Source: Fistulifera solaris (Eukaryota). From it: a stretch of DNA of 64,000 nucleotides. The notes beneath the pieces were generated by a model. The model was not told the origin of the DNA and made no database searches. It saw only the letters and a list, made by a program, of their open reading frames with translations. The stretch lies in contig AP026132.1 of the NCBI GenBank assembly GCA_030295235.1, positions 1,054,001 to 1,118,000 on the forward strand, written 5' to 3'. This document shows, piece after piece, positions 1 through 12,168 of this stretch; position 1 is the first letter of the stretch, and every line of letters starts with the position of its first letter. Position numbers and translations under genes: made by a program.

Positions 1-71
1 ATGAAGTATCGCAATCTTTGTTATAAATTATCTACAAGCGCAAATCGGCAAAAATGCGGTGCAATACACGA

Positions 72-3000
72 TTAGTTTGATTCGTCAACGATCGAAAGAC
101 GAGAAGACTCCTCGTCAACTGACTTCGATGCTTCTTCTGCCCCCTTCACCATAGACCACAATGCCTGGACAAAAGATGCCGGCTTGGACGGACCAAAAAC
201 GTCGGCAATCACCAGAAAGACGAGAAAGCTTGCCACTGTAGTCTGAATAATGGTCGAGAGCAGAATGGTCGCAAACTTCACAAAGAAAATGAGTGAAGTG
301 AAAAGCATAATAACTGCCGCAGCAACGGTAGTGAAGGCTGCAGCTAGAATAGAAGGCCCCATCTCGACCACGGCCGTCTTCGTCCGAGTGCTTCGGTCAA
401 CGTCACCAGGCAACAAGGCATACGCGTGCGTAAAGTGAATCACAAAGTCACAGGAGATTCCGATCAAAATCGAAAAGCATATAGCTTCAAGGCTACATGA
501 TCATTACGTTACGAAAAGACACGTGAGAAAACATTGGATACAAACGCCGAACATGCAAAGAGATCTACTTACAACCCCATGGTCCAGCCGAGCGCCACCA
601 AACCAGCAGTGACCGAAAGGAGAACGTACGAAATCGCGATGGTGGAGAATAGTGTGAGCATGAAGCTGAGGGATGTGATAAAAATCACAAAAGCAGCGAT
701 TGCAATTGCAATGCCCGCGCCCACATAAGCTGTGTTGATCATGCTGGCGCTTGTGTCATACCACCAGTAGTCATCTGACGTGAAGTACATCTGGTTGACA
801 CCTGGCGGGGCGACATGGCTGCGCTCATTTTCGAACCAATCTTCGATCAAATGCCACTCGCTTTTCAATTTGCTAAAGGGCTATCATATCGGACCCGGCC
901 CCGAAAACGAAGGAACATGATCGCAACTTGACCATCAAGCGACAAGACCCAATCTTTCTTATATTCTTGGCTCCAGTTCGTCATGCAGGCATCAAAATCT
1001 TCTGGAGGAACAGGTACGGCTGTCGCATTATTGCAGTAGTCCATGTACACTTGATCTTTTTGGTCCGCATCAACTTGAGATTGAAGCCAGTAGTCGAATT
1101 GCTTCATGACGCAAGTCTCGTTTTTTATCGCCTCGGCAAAGTCCATCTGAAAAACTCTCTCACAAAAGTCGAGCAAGTACAGCTGGTTTGCTGTTTGAGA
1201 CGGCTGGAACGAGCTGTCAAGAACCAACTGTGTGAACGATGATGGGTCACTATGTTTTCCCGTATCAGCTGGTTTAACACCCCACATAACAAACACAGAT
1301 GTGCCCGTCTCTTTCTGGAGCTCCTCGATTAAAAGATTTTGTCTCCAATGGTTACTTTTTTCAAACTCATTTTTCGGACGCAGCATCCGGACGTCACTGC
1401 TCGTAGGAATCTCCATGCGTGAGGCAAAGAAAGTGCACAAGGCGAACACGCCTAGTATCACAAAGAGCAATCCATAGCGATAGAAATGAATCAATTCATA
1501 GAAGCGAGACATCTGTCGTCGAATGAAGCTTTCTGCTTGGAAAGAAGGATCATTGTGCTCCCCGGCCTCTTCTTCAATGTCCTTCATCTTCCGCGTCAAA
1601 GTGGCTGCTTTGTCATAGATACAAAGCGCCGGAAACACCATCAAGACACACATCACGTACGTCGTTGAAATCAGTAAGCCGCAAAAACAGCAAAGCAGAA
1701 AATTGGGGCGACGGGACATACTGCTGTTCCGAAAAATGCCACCGCTGTCGTAAGACTTGTAAGAAGCATAGATAGTGCTGCATCGGGTAAAGCTTGGGCG
1801 GCCACTTCCGTCGTCTCGGCGTCGGGGCCGAGTTTAATACGTGCATTCTTCCATTTGTCAACAGCAACGAAGATATCGTCGGCACCCAATGCAAACAGAA
1901 TAAAAACTCCGATGAAGTTGAGGAATGGGAAGAACGTAAGATGGAATACAAATGTGTACACGAAGTATGCCAAAGGGAAGCTGAGGCTGATTTGTAGTAA
2001 GCCGATCACTGACAATAACGGGGAGCGAGTATGAACAAAGATGCCGATGGTTGTGATAACAGCACTTCCCGTTGCGAGAACCATGTCCGTAAACAATACT
2101 CTGTTGATTTCGAGTTGCACGAAATGCTCGCGTTTCGTGTCATAGGCTGCCTCGATTCGCTCGGTTCCCTTGTCGAAGTTATGCACATTGTCGAATAAAA
2201 GCTGAATACTATCGTCGTCGACTTTCGTGGCGAAAATGGAAGAGGTGTAAGTCAGTGGGTTTGACGCATCAAACTTGGTATCAATCAATGTTGGCGCAAA
2301 ATGATTCGAGCAAGTGCTTGGTAGGGTCGAACCGTCTCTTGTAAAATCGTAGGTCGTCTTTAGATCATCGACACAGTCATATAGCCCGTTACGAAAGTCG
2401 GGATTGTTGACGTTGTATGTCTCCCAGTCAGCTGCCAGCGTCACGCAATCACTGTAAAGGCCGTTCGGCACCGTCAGACGAGCGTAGAAAATGATGGAAT
2501 ACGGCGGAAGACAACCATTACCACCACAGCCGAAACAAAGGCCATTGTGTTCCAGAAACTTCTGCGTCTTTTGTTCGCTGTGACAAAGATCCAGAAACGT
2601 TTCGTGATTGAGAAGAACGTCATTATCTTTCGCGACGTCTTTGACTTTCCCCACCGGCCAAAGGTGACGACCCCCAAGCATACGTTTTCCATACCAACTC
2701 AGATCACAGTTCGCCAACACACTCGAGCTTCTCGCATTTTGAAGCTTTCGGTAAAAGTCTGAAGTTTCTATTTGAGTATCCAGGTGCTCATCCAGGTTCG
2801 CTGAAAGACGACGTCGAACAGACGATTCCCAGCCAGGTTGAACATTATTCAATAAGTCGTCCCAAACTTCTCCAGTCTCGTCTTGATGAAGTTTCTCGCG
2901 ATTGTGATAGGAGAGAATATACTGGGCGTGTCGTTCTGATATCATGGTTCCGCGTGAAAGCCATCCCGTTTGATCCACTGACACTGTGAACTCACCGACG

Positions 3001-3278
3001 ACCATTCCGATCACAGAGAGAATCAGGCTTATCAATAATGCAACTCCAAAGTACAGGTACGGTCGCTCGGCTAAATGAACCGCTCTTCGCTGTAGAAAAG
3101 AAAGCTCCTTTTGACGCTTCGACATCATTTCGTCCACCTCATCATCGGGGCTCGCATCCGCTTCTTCCAGCGACCCCGATTCGCTCACAAACTCGGACGT
3201 TGTCGACGCAGTGTTCTTTCGGGGAGACACGGCTTCACTTTCTCCTTCCATTAGTAACGCTGGCTTTATGAGTGACAT
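72..3278 (-). CDS. Dispatched/Patched-family RND membrane protein with sterol-sensing domain
   Basis: ORFs 1671-3278, 865-1719, 569-868 and 72-467 join. SSD-like FFPFLNFIGVFILFALGADDIFV...SMLLTSLTTAVAF and second-half GISCDFVIH...GPSILAAAFTT. GT-AG intron 493-572. Single-base breaks near 1685 and 868. Confidence 0.85.
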
Positions 3279-5818
3279 TAGCTGAATGTTTTATGAATGA
3301 ATTGATTTTTGTTGCAAAGAAGGAAAAGGGTGCTCCAGAGAAAGAAAAAATGGAAACGTTCGTCGATGGGAGTTTCCAGTTTTCAGGTCACCAAACTCTT
3401 TATTTTCACCTTTTACAACGACGTTATGCGAAGTCCGTTTGGTCGCGGTCTTGTTGTTTGACTATCAATTTGTATGTACTGAGTTTACTTCTGTAGAAGT
3501 GTACTTGACGATTTTCGATACATGAAAGTACTCAGGACTTCCGAAACAATACAAATTTGTTCGATGAATGTACTGTTTCTATCGAGCTTGACCATGTGAT
3601 TTACAGCCAAATAAATAGCACGGTTCATGGTTCATGATTGGCTTTCCTTTTTTCTCTTAGCTAATTGAGTCACTAGTCCTTAGCTGAAAACCAGCTGTTA
3701 ATGTTGGCTTCACAAGGTGTCTATCCAGTACAAAATATCTAGCTAGGTCTTGAGGGCAAGGTAGGTCACTAATCATGGGAACATATAACATATACTGTAA
3801 CATCACAAACATTTAACCGTACTTGCGCTTTGTTTCGTGACGTTTATGTAGCATGTTGATGACGACACATGACTCGAAGAGGCATTGTATCGTTTATCGT
3901 TTGCAATTCTCACTTCTGTGTAAGAATTCGACATCATTCGTTGGGCGTTCCGATGTTGCCAATTCATTTCACCTCTCAGATCTCGGCAGATTCAAGGTCT
4001 ACCGTCCGACTCAGCAAACGAGTGCTGGCCTGATCATCGGCGGTCGACAGTGATATACCCTGGTTGACCTTCTTCTCCTTCTTCCAAGACGACACGTTAC
4101 CTGGTGTTCAATTGAAGAGATATCCGGTTCCGATGAATGATGGATGGTCTTTTACATCACTCCAGCTATGATATCGTCGGTCGGTATTCTTCAGCGACGG
4201 TGTTCAAAGTACTTTCAATCGCTCAACTGTGTTACCTCTTTTGACCCTTCTCTTTGTCATCGTTACTGCAATATTTCAATTTATCTTCGCGCATTTCCCA
4301 TGCGAAAGCTTGTCATGTTCAGTCTCGCCAGTTTATCGTCAACGACGGAAAGCGGGGTCTTCCCTGATCGATTCATGCCAATTGTTGATCCAATGGAATT
4401 TCCTTCAAAATAAACTTTCTTGATTAGATGTATACAAGTCTGTGCAATACCAGTATGTGAGTCATCTTCGACACTGCAAGAAAGAAAAAAGGTGAAAACT
4501 TGAGAAGAGACCGACAAAATGAAGACAGCAAAGTAAAATAGTCAGATCTCGAGCTTCAAGCGCTTTGCCAACAAACCAAGTGGGGTATCAAAAGTTGTAA
4601 GTTGGTTTGCAGCAAACTAGACCGAGCACGCAGCTCTTAGGGGACGCAGAAGCGACTGCCAGGACAGTACAAAGATCTAGCGCAGCAGCCAGCCGAACCA
4701 GAATGGTCCGCTTTATGCTAAACTTTCCCAAAGACCAGAACACCAGCAGCACGTTCCTAGCATCAACCATTCGGCGCCGTTCCGCCAATCTAGACGATTT
4801 TGCCGTCTACCTCTGTTCATTTGACACTACTTTTCGCGGTCGCTACCACCATGGTTGGTTTGTTTATGATTGTTTGCACGCAAGATGCAAGAAATGTGCA
4901 CTGCCGTCAGTAACACAACGCTAATCCTTCTTTCAAAAATGAAATCCAGACAAGCATTCCGGAAATAATAAGGTCGTAAACGAAGGGAATCTTCGTCTCT
5001 TCCCTGTATTCCGTCTGTGCGAGCACAGTTGCCACCTTCGGCAGGCATCGAAACGTTAGGGTTACGGCGCCTCTTGTCTTCCGCGTGCGTCCAAGGACTC
5101 CACGTACGAAGATTCGAGACTCACGAGGGTGATTTCACCAGCGGATCTGCTCTGAGTAATTGTCATCCAATGACACCCAGCCAAGCGCTCTGTTTTCATC
5201 ATTGATCTATGCAATTTTACATTCTTTCGCACGAACATCATCACTCACCGTATTTTTGCGATAGCTAACCGTTCCCAGACCATGACCACAAACAAATGTT
5301 TATTACGATATTCATTGTGGAAGCAGCTTCATGGCGGTTTTCGTGTTCAGCGTTGCTTTGCGTCGCCGCTCGTCATCGTCCATTTGTCTATTACTCCGTA
5401 TTTATTTGCCTCGATCATCATCCTGCCGTATTTTTTCTAGCATCATCTCTCACTCTCGTCCATTATTATTTTTCTTGCACCTTTTTGCATTCCGAATTCC
5501 GAATGCCGAATGCCGATAATGGATTTTACTTCGTACATTGAATGATACAGTCATTTTTGACTCTAGTCTTTTATGTTGGTTTAAGGTAAAAGCAATTCCG
5601 TTGGAGTGCCGTTCTGGTACAATAAAATAGAGTGTCGACATGCTCGTGACACCTGTGGTCATTGCACTTTTTCAAGAGCAACAATAAACCGGTCACAAAA
5701 GCTCCATCCGACATTTCCCCATTGCGAAACAACGAACCCTCTTTTTGTTGAAAAGGAAGAGTTGTGATACAGTCGGACGAGTCTGCATTCTAAATTAGCC
5801 GGTCCCTTATTTTCCAGC

Positions 5819-6895
5819 ATGCGATTTCTGATATTACTCTCATCGCTTCTCTTTGGAAGCACGGTTGCTCAGTTGTCGGTGTCATCGACATCCCGACGGG
5901 GCGATCTCAGTAATCCTGATAAGCAAAACATCCGCCTCATCGAATCGGAACGAATCGTTGAGTACTATAATCGCAACTATACTTGGCCTATTCAAAACTA
6001 CAGTCCCAATACACCAGGATGGAAAGATCTTATGGAAACTCGGTTTCGTCAAGTCGAAGAGCTCGAGGGATCGGGTGAGCGCTATGAAGGTTACATTCAG
6101 ACCATCCATTCCGCCTTCCTTGTGCCAAATTTCACCGAACACGGTTTTGGACTAGCGCGGTGCCCCGAAACGCTTCTCCGAGATTTGCGGGAAGGTATTC
6201 GTGAGGGAGCTAAAAATCCGCGTTTCGAAAGTCAGGTACCGGTCATTGATGGCCCGATTCCTTGGTTTGTGGACCGTCCCGACCTGACGGATCGAGTTCT
6301 TCATGATCTGAGAAATTATGCGGAAACATGGTCGGGTGTCGAGTTGACTCCGTACCGCGCTTACGGCTTTCGTCTGTACCGAAATGAAAGTCAGCTTTGG
6401 ATGCATGTCGACAAGATGCAAACGCACATTATTAGCTTCATATTGCACATTGACTCTTCGGATGACGCCGAGCCCTGGCCGATCTTTATTGAAGACTTTC
6501 ACGGACGAACACACGAAGTGATTCTCACTCCGGGAGATATTCTGTTCTACGAAAGTTCCAAATGTTTCCACGGACGTCCTCGCAAATTCAATGGATCATG
6601 GTACAGCTCGATCTTCGTTCATTACTACCCATCCGATGGTTGGTTTGATCTCAATCATGAACTAGAGGCGCATTATGCTGTTCCACCGCGATGGGCGGAA
6701 AGTCCCACCCGTCGCACCGCCGAAAAGTTGCAAATGGTCGGAACCAGCATGATGGAACCGCATTGTCCGGACAATTGGTGTCGTACCCAGAATTCCGTCA
6801 AATGGAGTGGTCCCGGAGAAGAAGGTTATTGGATTGATCCCCAATTTCAAAAACACGAGTTCAATCCAGTCTTTGGGGATCATGATGAACTTTAG
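5819..6895 (+). CDS. Secreted/ER 2OG-Fe(II) oxygenase-like protein
   Basis: Intact 358-aa ORF with N-terminal signal peptide, HxD (MHVDK) and distal His (CFHGRP). Ends in HDEL, an ER-retention signal. Confidence 0.75.
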   Translation: MRFLILLSSLLFGSTVAQLSVSSTSRRGDLSNPDKQNIRLIESERIVEYYNRNYTWPIQNYSPNTPGWKDLMETRFRQVEELEGSGERYEGYIQTIHSAFLVPNFTEHGFGLARCPETLLRDLREGIREGAKNPRFESQVPVIDGPIPWFVDRPDLTDRVLHDLRNYAETWSGVELTPYRAYGFRLYRNESQLWMHVDKMQTHIISFILHIDSSDDAEPWPIFIEDFHGRTHEVILTPGDILFYESSKCFHGRPRKFNGSWYSSIFVHYYPSDGWFDLNHELEAHYAVPPRWAESPTRRTAEKLQMVGTSMMEPHCPDNWCRTQNSVKWSGPGEEGYWIDPQFQKHEFNPVFGDHDEL

Positions 6896-7247
6896 GTAGA
6901 CATAACTTATTCATAAATAATGTAGTATTCGTAGCAATGCATCTAAGCAAGAACACGAGTCTTTGTACACTAACTGGTGTCATTCAGTTGGCTTTTTAGC
7001 GAAAAGTTGTGGGTTTACCTTCCGCAGCATTCTGTCGTGCTGATAACTGTCAACAACATTTCCTATAAAACATAGTGTAGACGACTTTTTCCACGACTGT
7101 TATTCAGTCATAAATCGCTATTTTTCCGAGCCAGACTGCTGTCGAAGGTTCGTTCGTTTTGTCGTAACATAAGCCTCGATTGTCATCATCATAAAACAAA
7201 GTCGTTTTTACAAGGCATTTGCAGTGCACACCCTTTGAAAGTGCTAG

Positions 7248-8270
7248 TTCCAGATATTCTGGAAAAGTTACTTCTGTCATACAGAAATTCTGTGGTGCTC
7301 CAGAAATTCTGGACCAGTTGTTTCCATCCTACCGAATTGCTGTGTACGTTCCAAAAATTCATCCGACGGTGTTTATAGGATCATAACGAAAATGCGGTGC
7401 ACTTTCAGAGCTTTTGAACACGGTGTTTTTGATCAGAACGAAATAAAGTGCAGATTCCAGATATTCTGGAAAAGTTGCTTCTGTCATACAGAAATTCTGT
7501 GGTCGGTCCAGAAATTCTGGACCAGTTGTTTCCGTCCTACCGAATTGCTGTGCACGTTCCAAAAATTCATCCGACGGTGTTTATAGGATCATAACGAAAA
7601 TGCGGTGCACTTTCAGAGCTTTTGAACACGATGGTTTTGATCAGAACGAAATAAAGTGCAGATTCCAGATATTCTGGAAAAGTTGCTTCTGTCATACAGA
7701 AATTCTGTGATGCTCCAGAAATTCTGGACCAGTTGTTTCCATCCTACCGAATTGCTGTGCACGTTCCAAAAATTCATCCGACGGTGTTTATAGGATCATT
7801 ACGAAAATGCGATGCACTTTCAGAGCTTTTGAACACGGTGTTTTTGATCAGAACGAAATAAAGTGCAGATTCCAGATATTCTGGAAAAGTTGCTTCTGTC
7901 ATACAGAAATTCTGTGATGCTCCAGAAATTCTGGACCAGTTGTTTCCATCCTACCGAATTGCTGTGCACGTTCCAAAAATTCATCCGACGGTGTTTATAG
8001 GATCATTACGAAAATGCGATGCACTTTCAGAGCTTTTGAACACGGTGCTTTTGATCAGAACGAAATAAAGTGCAGATTCCAGATATTCTGGAAAAGTTAC
8101 TTCTGTCATACAGAAATTCTGGACCAGTTGTTTCCATCCTACCGAAATTGCTGTGTACGTTCCAGCAATTCTGGAAATGGCGTCTCGGATTATTAGGAAT
8201 GCCAGTTTGTATTCCAGAAATTCTGGAAACTGTATTTTGGAGGTGATACTTCTGTCATCCAGAAATATTC
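7248..8270. repeat. Tandem array of ~207-bp units (about 4.5 copies), each made of four diverged ~52-bp monomers
   Basis: CAGATATTCTGG recurs at 7251, 7458, 7666, 7873 and 8080. Contains palindromic CCAGAAATTCTGG. Degenerate tail to ~8270. Confidence 0.95.
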
Positions 8271-8490
8271 TGTTGTTCTTCCGAATGGCGCGTAAAAGAT
8301 CTAATTCGCTACTGTCCACCGAAAAGTACCGCAACAACGCGCGCAAGCGCAAAGCATCGAGCAAACTTTTTCTTGACCAGCACCGCAATCGCAATGGATA
8401 AAGCAATCATGCGGCGGCTGATGATGTGTTGAAAAGAGTTATTTTTTGTGAATATCATTCATCATCTAACATAGACGATAGAAGCGTGCC

Positions 8491-9729
8491 ATGCAACAGC
8501 AAAGTCTGGAAGAAGAGAGCGAACTCCGACCGACTGAAGTCTCCCCCGTTCGGTCGGATCCCTCCATCAATGCTCTTATACAAATGGAAAGTGCTCTTCA
8601 GGTTGAAATGACACGGAGATCGGTAGAATCTCTTTCTCTGAAATCTGTCGTCACTCTCTTAAAGAACAGTGTACCAGACAAGAGGCTGAGTGAGCAATTG
8701 TTGCACCGGTTTTTTGGTATTGCGTGCCCGCGTCTTTACGAAACAGCGAAAGATAGTCGAGGACAATGGCAAGTGAGCTCTGTGAAATGCGATACAAGTC
8801 GCGTCACTGTTCTTTTAGATCTTGCCAAGAAGCTGCCAGATACGGCAGACCCCGATCCTGTCATCCTTCAAGCACTGAGCGAAACGGAAGCTTCTTGGAC
8901 GGTCGCAATGCCGCTTCCATCCAATACAATTCGCCAAAAACCTCATTTGGATTTGTTGCAACCTTCCCAGATGCGAGTCGAAGGATCCACCGTTGAGGAG
9001 AGAGTCCGAGCACGAGCTTTGCTGAAAGAAGCGCAGAATCAACAATACAGGAGTGAAGAAAAGGGCAACGAAACGAAGGAAAAGGAAAAATGGTGTGTCC
9101 GGATTGCGGATGTTCTTCAAACGTATGCGTGTACCACGGTTCGTCGCCAAGCGAAATTTCATCCCACCGAGAAGTGCTGTATGACACTGATGGACGCCGT
9201 AGCTCGTTTACAAGTCCAAGTGTCCTTATCGAAGCGTCAAATAGTGGATTACTTGTTGGAAATCAATGCCACTGTTCCTGAGTGGATCGTCATGGACGTC
9301 AAGAGTAATGAAAACATATCCAAGACGGCGTCTGTTTGGTTGACTCCTTCTTTGTATGCAAGTGTCCGTCATAAGCTGACACATGATGTTGCACCGTCGA
9401 AGCCGCTATTTGCACAATCGAAGACGCCATTACCTCCAACCAGTAAGGCTCGCCGCGAGGCAGTTGCATCTGATAAACCAGGTCCTTTGAAACCACCAGA
9501 GCGGGAACCGGTGGAGCCATCCGTCCAGTCGGCGACTAAGCGCGCTTCGCCCGAACCCACCGAGCCTGTATCTCACAAAAAGCCGCGGACCGCGCTGCGC
9601 ATCAATTCCAATTTGATCTGGTCCGATGCCGATTATGACGGCGGAGAAGCGATACCGCTCACATCGTTTGATAGTCCGCGTGGATTGAAACGAATGTTTG
9701 ATAAAATGAATGCGGGGCGAAGAATCTAA
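8491..9729 (+). CDS. Cdt1-like replication licensing factor (C-terminal winged-helix-like region)
   Basis: 412-aa ORF. VEERVRARALLKEAQ and LLEINATVPEWI resemble Cdt1 LLERIRAKEAQ and LLSELLPDWL (recalled similarity, not a search result). Confidence 0.5.
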   Translation: MQQQSLEEESELRPTEVSPVRSDPSINALIQMESALQVEMTRRSVESLSLKSVVTLLKNSVPDKRLSEQLLHRFFGIACPRLYETAKDSRGQWQVSSVKCDTSRVTVLLDLAKKLPDTADPDPVILQALSETEASWTVAMPLPSNTIRQKPHLDLLQPSQMRVEGSTVEERVRARALLKEAQNQQYRSEEKGNETKEKEKWCVRIADVLQTYACTTVRRQAKFHPTEKCCMTLMDAVARLQVQVSLSKRQIVDYLLEINATVPEWIVMDVKSNENISKTASVWLTPSLYASVRHKLTHDVAPSKPLFAQSKTPLPPTSKARREAVASDKPGPLKPPEREPVEPSVQSATKRASPEPTEPVSHKKPRTALRINSNLIWSDADYDGGEAIPLTSFDSPRGLKRMFDKMNAGRRI

Positions 9730-9802
9730 GCTTAACAACTGGTTTCTTACAATCCATAAACAATACTACAATCTCTTTTAATTCGTTTTCATGAAGGATT
9801 TG

Positions 9803-10918
9803 CTATTGAGTCGTTCGAATACGAGTGTCAATCAGCGACAAATGAGCCGCTTGAACAGCTCCAAGTATTTGTTCGTACGTCAAAAAAGTAAAAGCCGCTG
9901 AGAACCAAAAAGAGTTGAGACTATGTTAAGTCGAGAGAGAAGAAATTGCAGTGTAACCTATCACGTACCTGTGAGCACCGTCTGCAGCATTTTGGCTCGC
10001 ATCCCCACATACCATCCGGGTAAACCTTCTTTCTTGTACAATTGAATGAAGCAATCCATGAGACTACTGTATTTTTGTCGGTGCAGTCGCATCACGGCCT
10101 GCGTCAATTGCAAGGGATAAGTCAGAATGGTCGCAATGGCCTTCGACACAGCGCCCGTCCAAAAAAGCACGCCATGGTCTTTGATGGGAAAGGCGTAAAT
10201 GATCGTAGATAAAGAATTGAATGACTGGATTGGAAACTAACAGTATCGACGATCCTGTTCCGGCCCAGAGCGGCTTCCAGCCTTCCTCTTTATAAATATT
10301 CCTCAGCTCTGTCCATAGTTGCTTAGTATCGTCGCGCGAAGTCATGATCCGTAAATTGGTGACCCACAGTGGATTTGTCACCAGCACGTTGCAGGTTCCG
10401 GCACAAAACAACGATAGTAGCAGCCGCGCATTGCTCGATTCGGCTTTCCAAAATTGCTTCATCCATTGCGTGACGTAAAAGAAAACAAAATTGGATACGG
10501 CCAACGTTGACACAATGGGACCCACTCCTCGGTATAGCTCATTTCGTAGCCTCAGTTCGTTCAAACAAAGCAGCAAATCACCCCTTTTCGTCGTGAGTGG
10601 CCTTTCTACTCCAGTCGATGCCGACGGCGAGGACTCCTCATTGCTGAGCGGTTGTTCTTCTGTCATGACGTAATTCCACGTTCCTCCTTCTCCCTCGAGC
10701 GTCGTACTGAACGCACTATCTTCTTGAATCGACAATTCGTCTGTGTTTTTCAGAGATATTTCTGTGGATGGCAAAGGCTCATGACCGCCCGCTCGGTACT
10801 GCAGTTCGATTTTCGCTCGCTCGAGAGGATACAACAACAATAGCGCCGAAGCACTTCCCAACGACCCGCCGATCGCGTGCACAAAAGCAGGCATGGCAGC
10901 AGTATCGATTTGTACCAT
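9803..10918 (-). CDS. Mitochondrial-carrier-family protein, peroxisomal PMP34/SLC25A17-like
   Basis: Carrier-type motifs YPLERAK, NPLWVTN and YPLQLTQ, plus LVSNPVIQFFIYD. Frame break near 10165. Intron 9898-9968. Last exon AAFTFLTYEQI...TAG. Confidence 0.85.
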
Positions 10919-11399
10919 GATAGTTGTAAGAGATGGTGAATACAATGTAGTTCGTAATGAAAATGATCTGCAATGACAACAAGGTGAGTGATAGCGAGGG
11001 GCGCGCGGCCTTCGCCTCGAGCCTCGAAGAAAAATAGGGGCACCCGGATTTTGTGTATTCCCTTTTCATCATTATTTTCAAGCAGGCTTTGCACCAACTT
11101 AGCTTTGACGTGTACCAAGAAGTATCAAATGTATCGCAAACAATGATCGACGTCGATTGAAGCTCAAAAAGTTGAAAGAGGAAACATGCAATGCTTCGAA
11201 AAAGTCTACGTGATTTTTATGTAGCCGCCGTAGGGATTTTATCGATGTAGCTAATCAAAAAGCTCGTCCTCGGGTCAATTGGTCACCTACGCCATTTTTT
11301 CTCATTCTAGCGCACAAAACCGCGCCTTAAGAGTTACTCTGCGACTTCTGTTTACAATCACAACGTCGAAAGGGAGAAATGATGCAATACATGGAAAGT

Positions 11400-12075
11400 G
11401 CCGGAAATTCTGGACCCTCCCAGATTTTCTGTATGAATGAAATACAACTGGTCCAGAATTTCTGGACCAGCCCAGAATTTTCTTATTGAAAGACAAAATG
11501 CTGGTCCAGAATTTCTAGACTAGACCAGCCCAGAACTTTCTTAATGAAAGAAAAACAATTGGTTTTTTGAACCAGCGCAGAATTTAAATACAACTGGTCG
11601 AAAATTTCTGGACTAGTCCAAATTGTCTGTATGAGTGAAATACATCTGGTCCAGAATCCAGCCCGGATTTCTGTCTAAAATACGATTGGTTCAGAATTTC
11701 TGGACGAGCCCAGCTTTTCTGTATGAATGAAATACACGTGGTCCAGAATTCTGGACCGGCGCAGAATTTCTGTATCAATGAAATACAACTGGTCCAGAAT
11801 TTCTGGACCAATCAAGAATTTCTGTGTGAATGAAATACAACTGGTCCAGAATTTCTGGACCAACCAAGAATTTCTGTATGGTTGAAATACACGTGGTCCA
11901 GAATTTCTGGACCACCCCAGATTTTCTGTGTGAATGAAATACACGTGGTCCAGAATTTCTGGACCGCCCCATAATGTATGAGTGAAATACACGTGTACAC
12001 GTGGTCCATAATTTCTGGACCGCCCCAGCTTTTCTGTATGAATGAAATACACGTGGTGCAGAATTTCTGGACCGC
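11400..12075. repeat. Minisatellite of ~55-bp units with core palindrome GGTCCAGAATTTCTGGACC
   Basis: About 12 variable copies of TGAAATACA(ACT/CGT)GGTCCAGAATTTCTGGACCnnCCCAGnnTTTCTGTATGAA. Confidence 0.95.
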
Positions 12076-12168
12076 CCAATCCGCGTGTTGTTCGTTCTTG
12101 CGCGTAAGATGTTTGCGCCTTTTCCGCATTCTTAATTTCGAAATTCTTGTTGACTACTGAATGTAACC

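Noticed and set aside
7359..8406. ORFs within the satellite arrays (also 11584-12129, 16605-17387 and 63258-63904)
   Set aside because: Translations simply mirror the DNA repeat, frames are not kept between units, and stops are frequent.
11400..12075. CRISPR-like array (palindromic repeats at regular spacing)
   Set aside because: The sequences between palindromes are themselves repeats, not unique spacers. No cas genes, and the context is eukaryotic.
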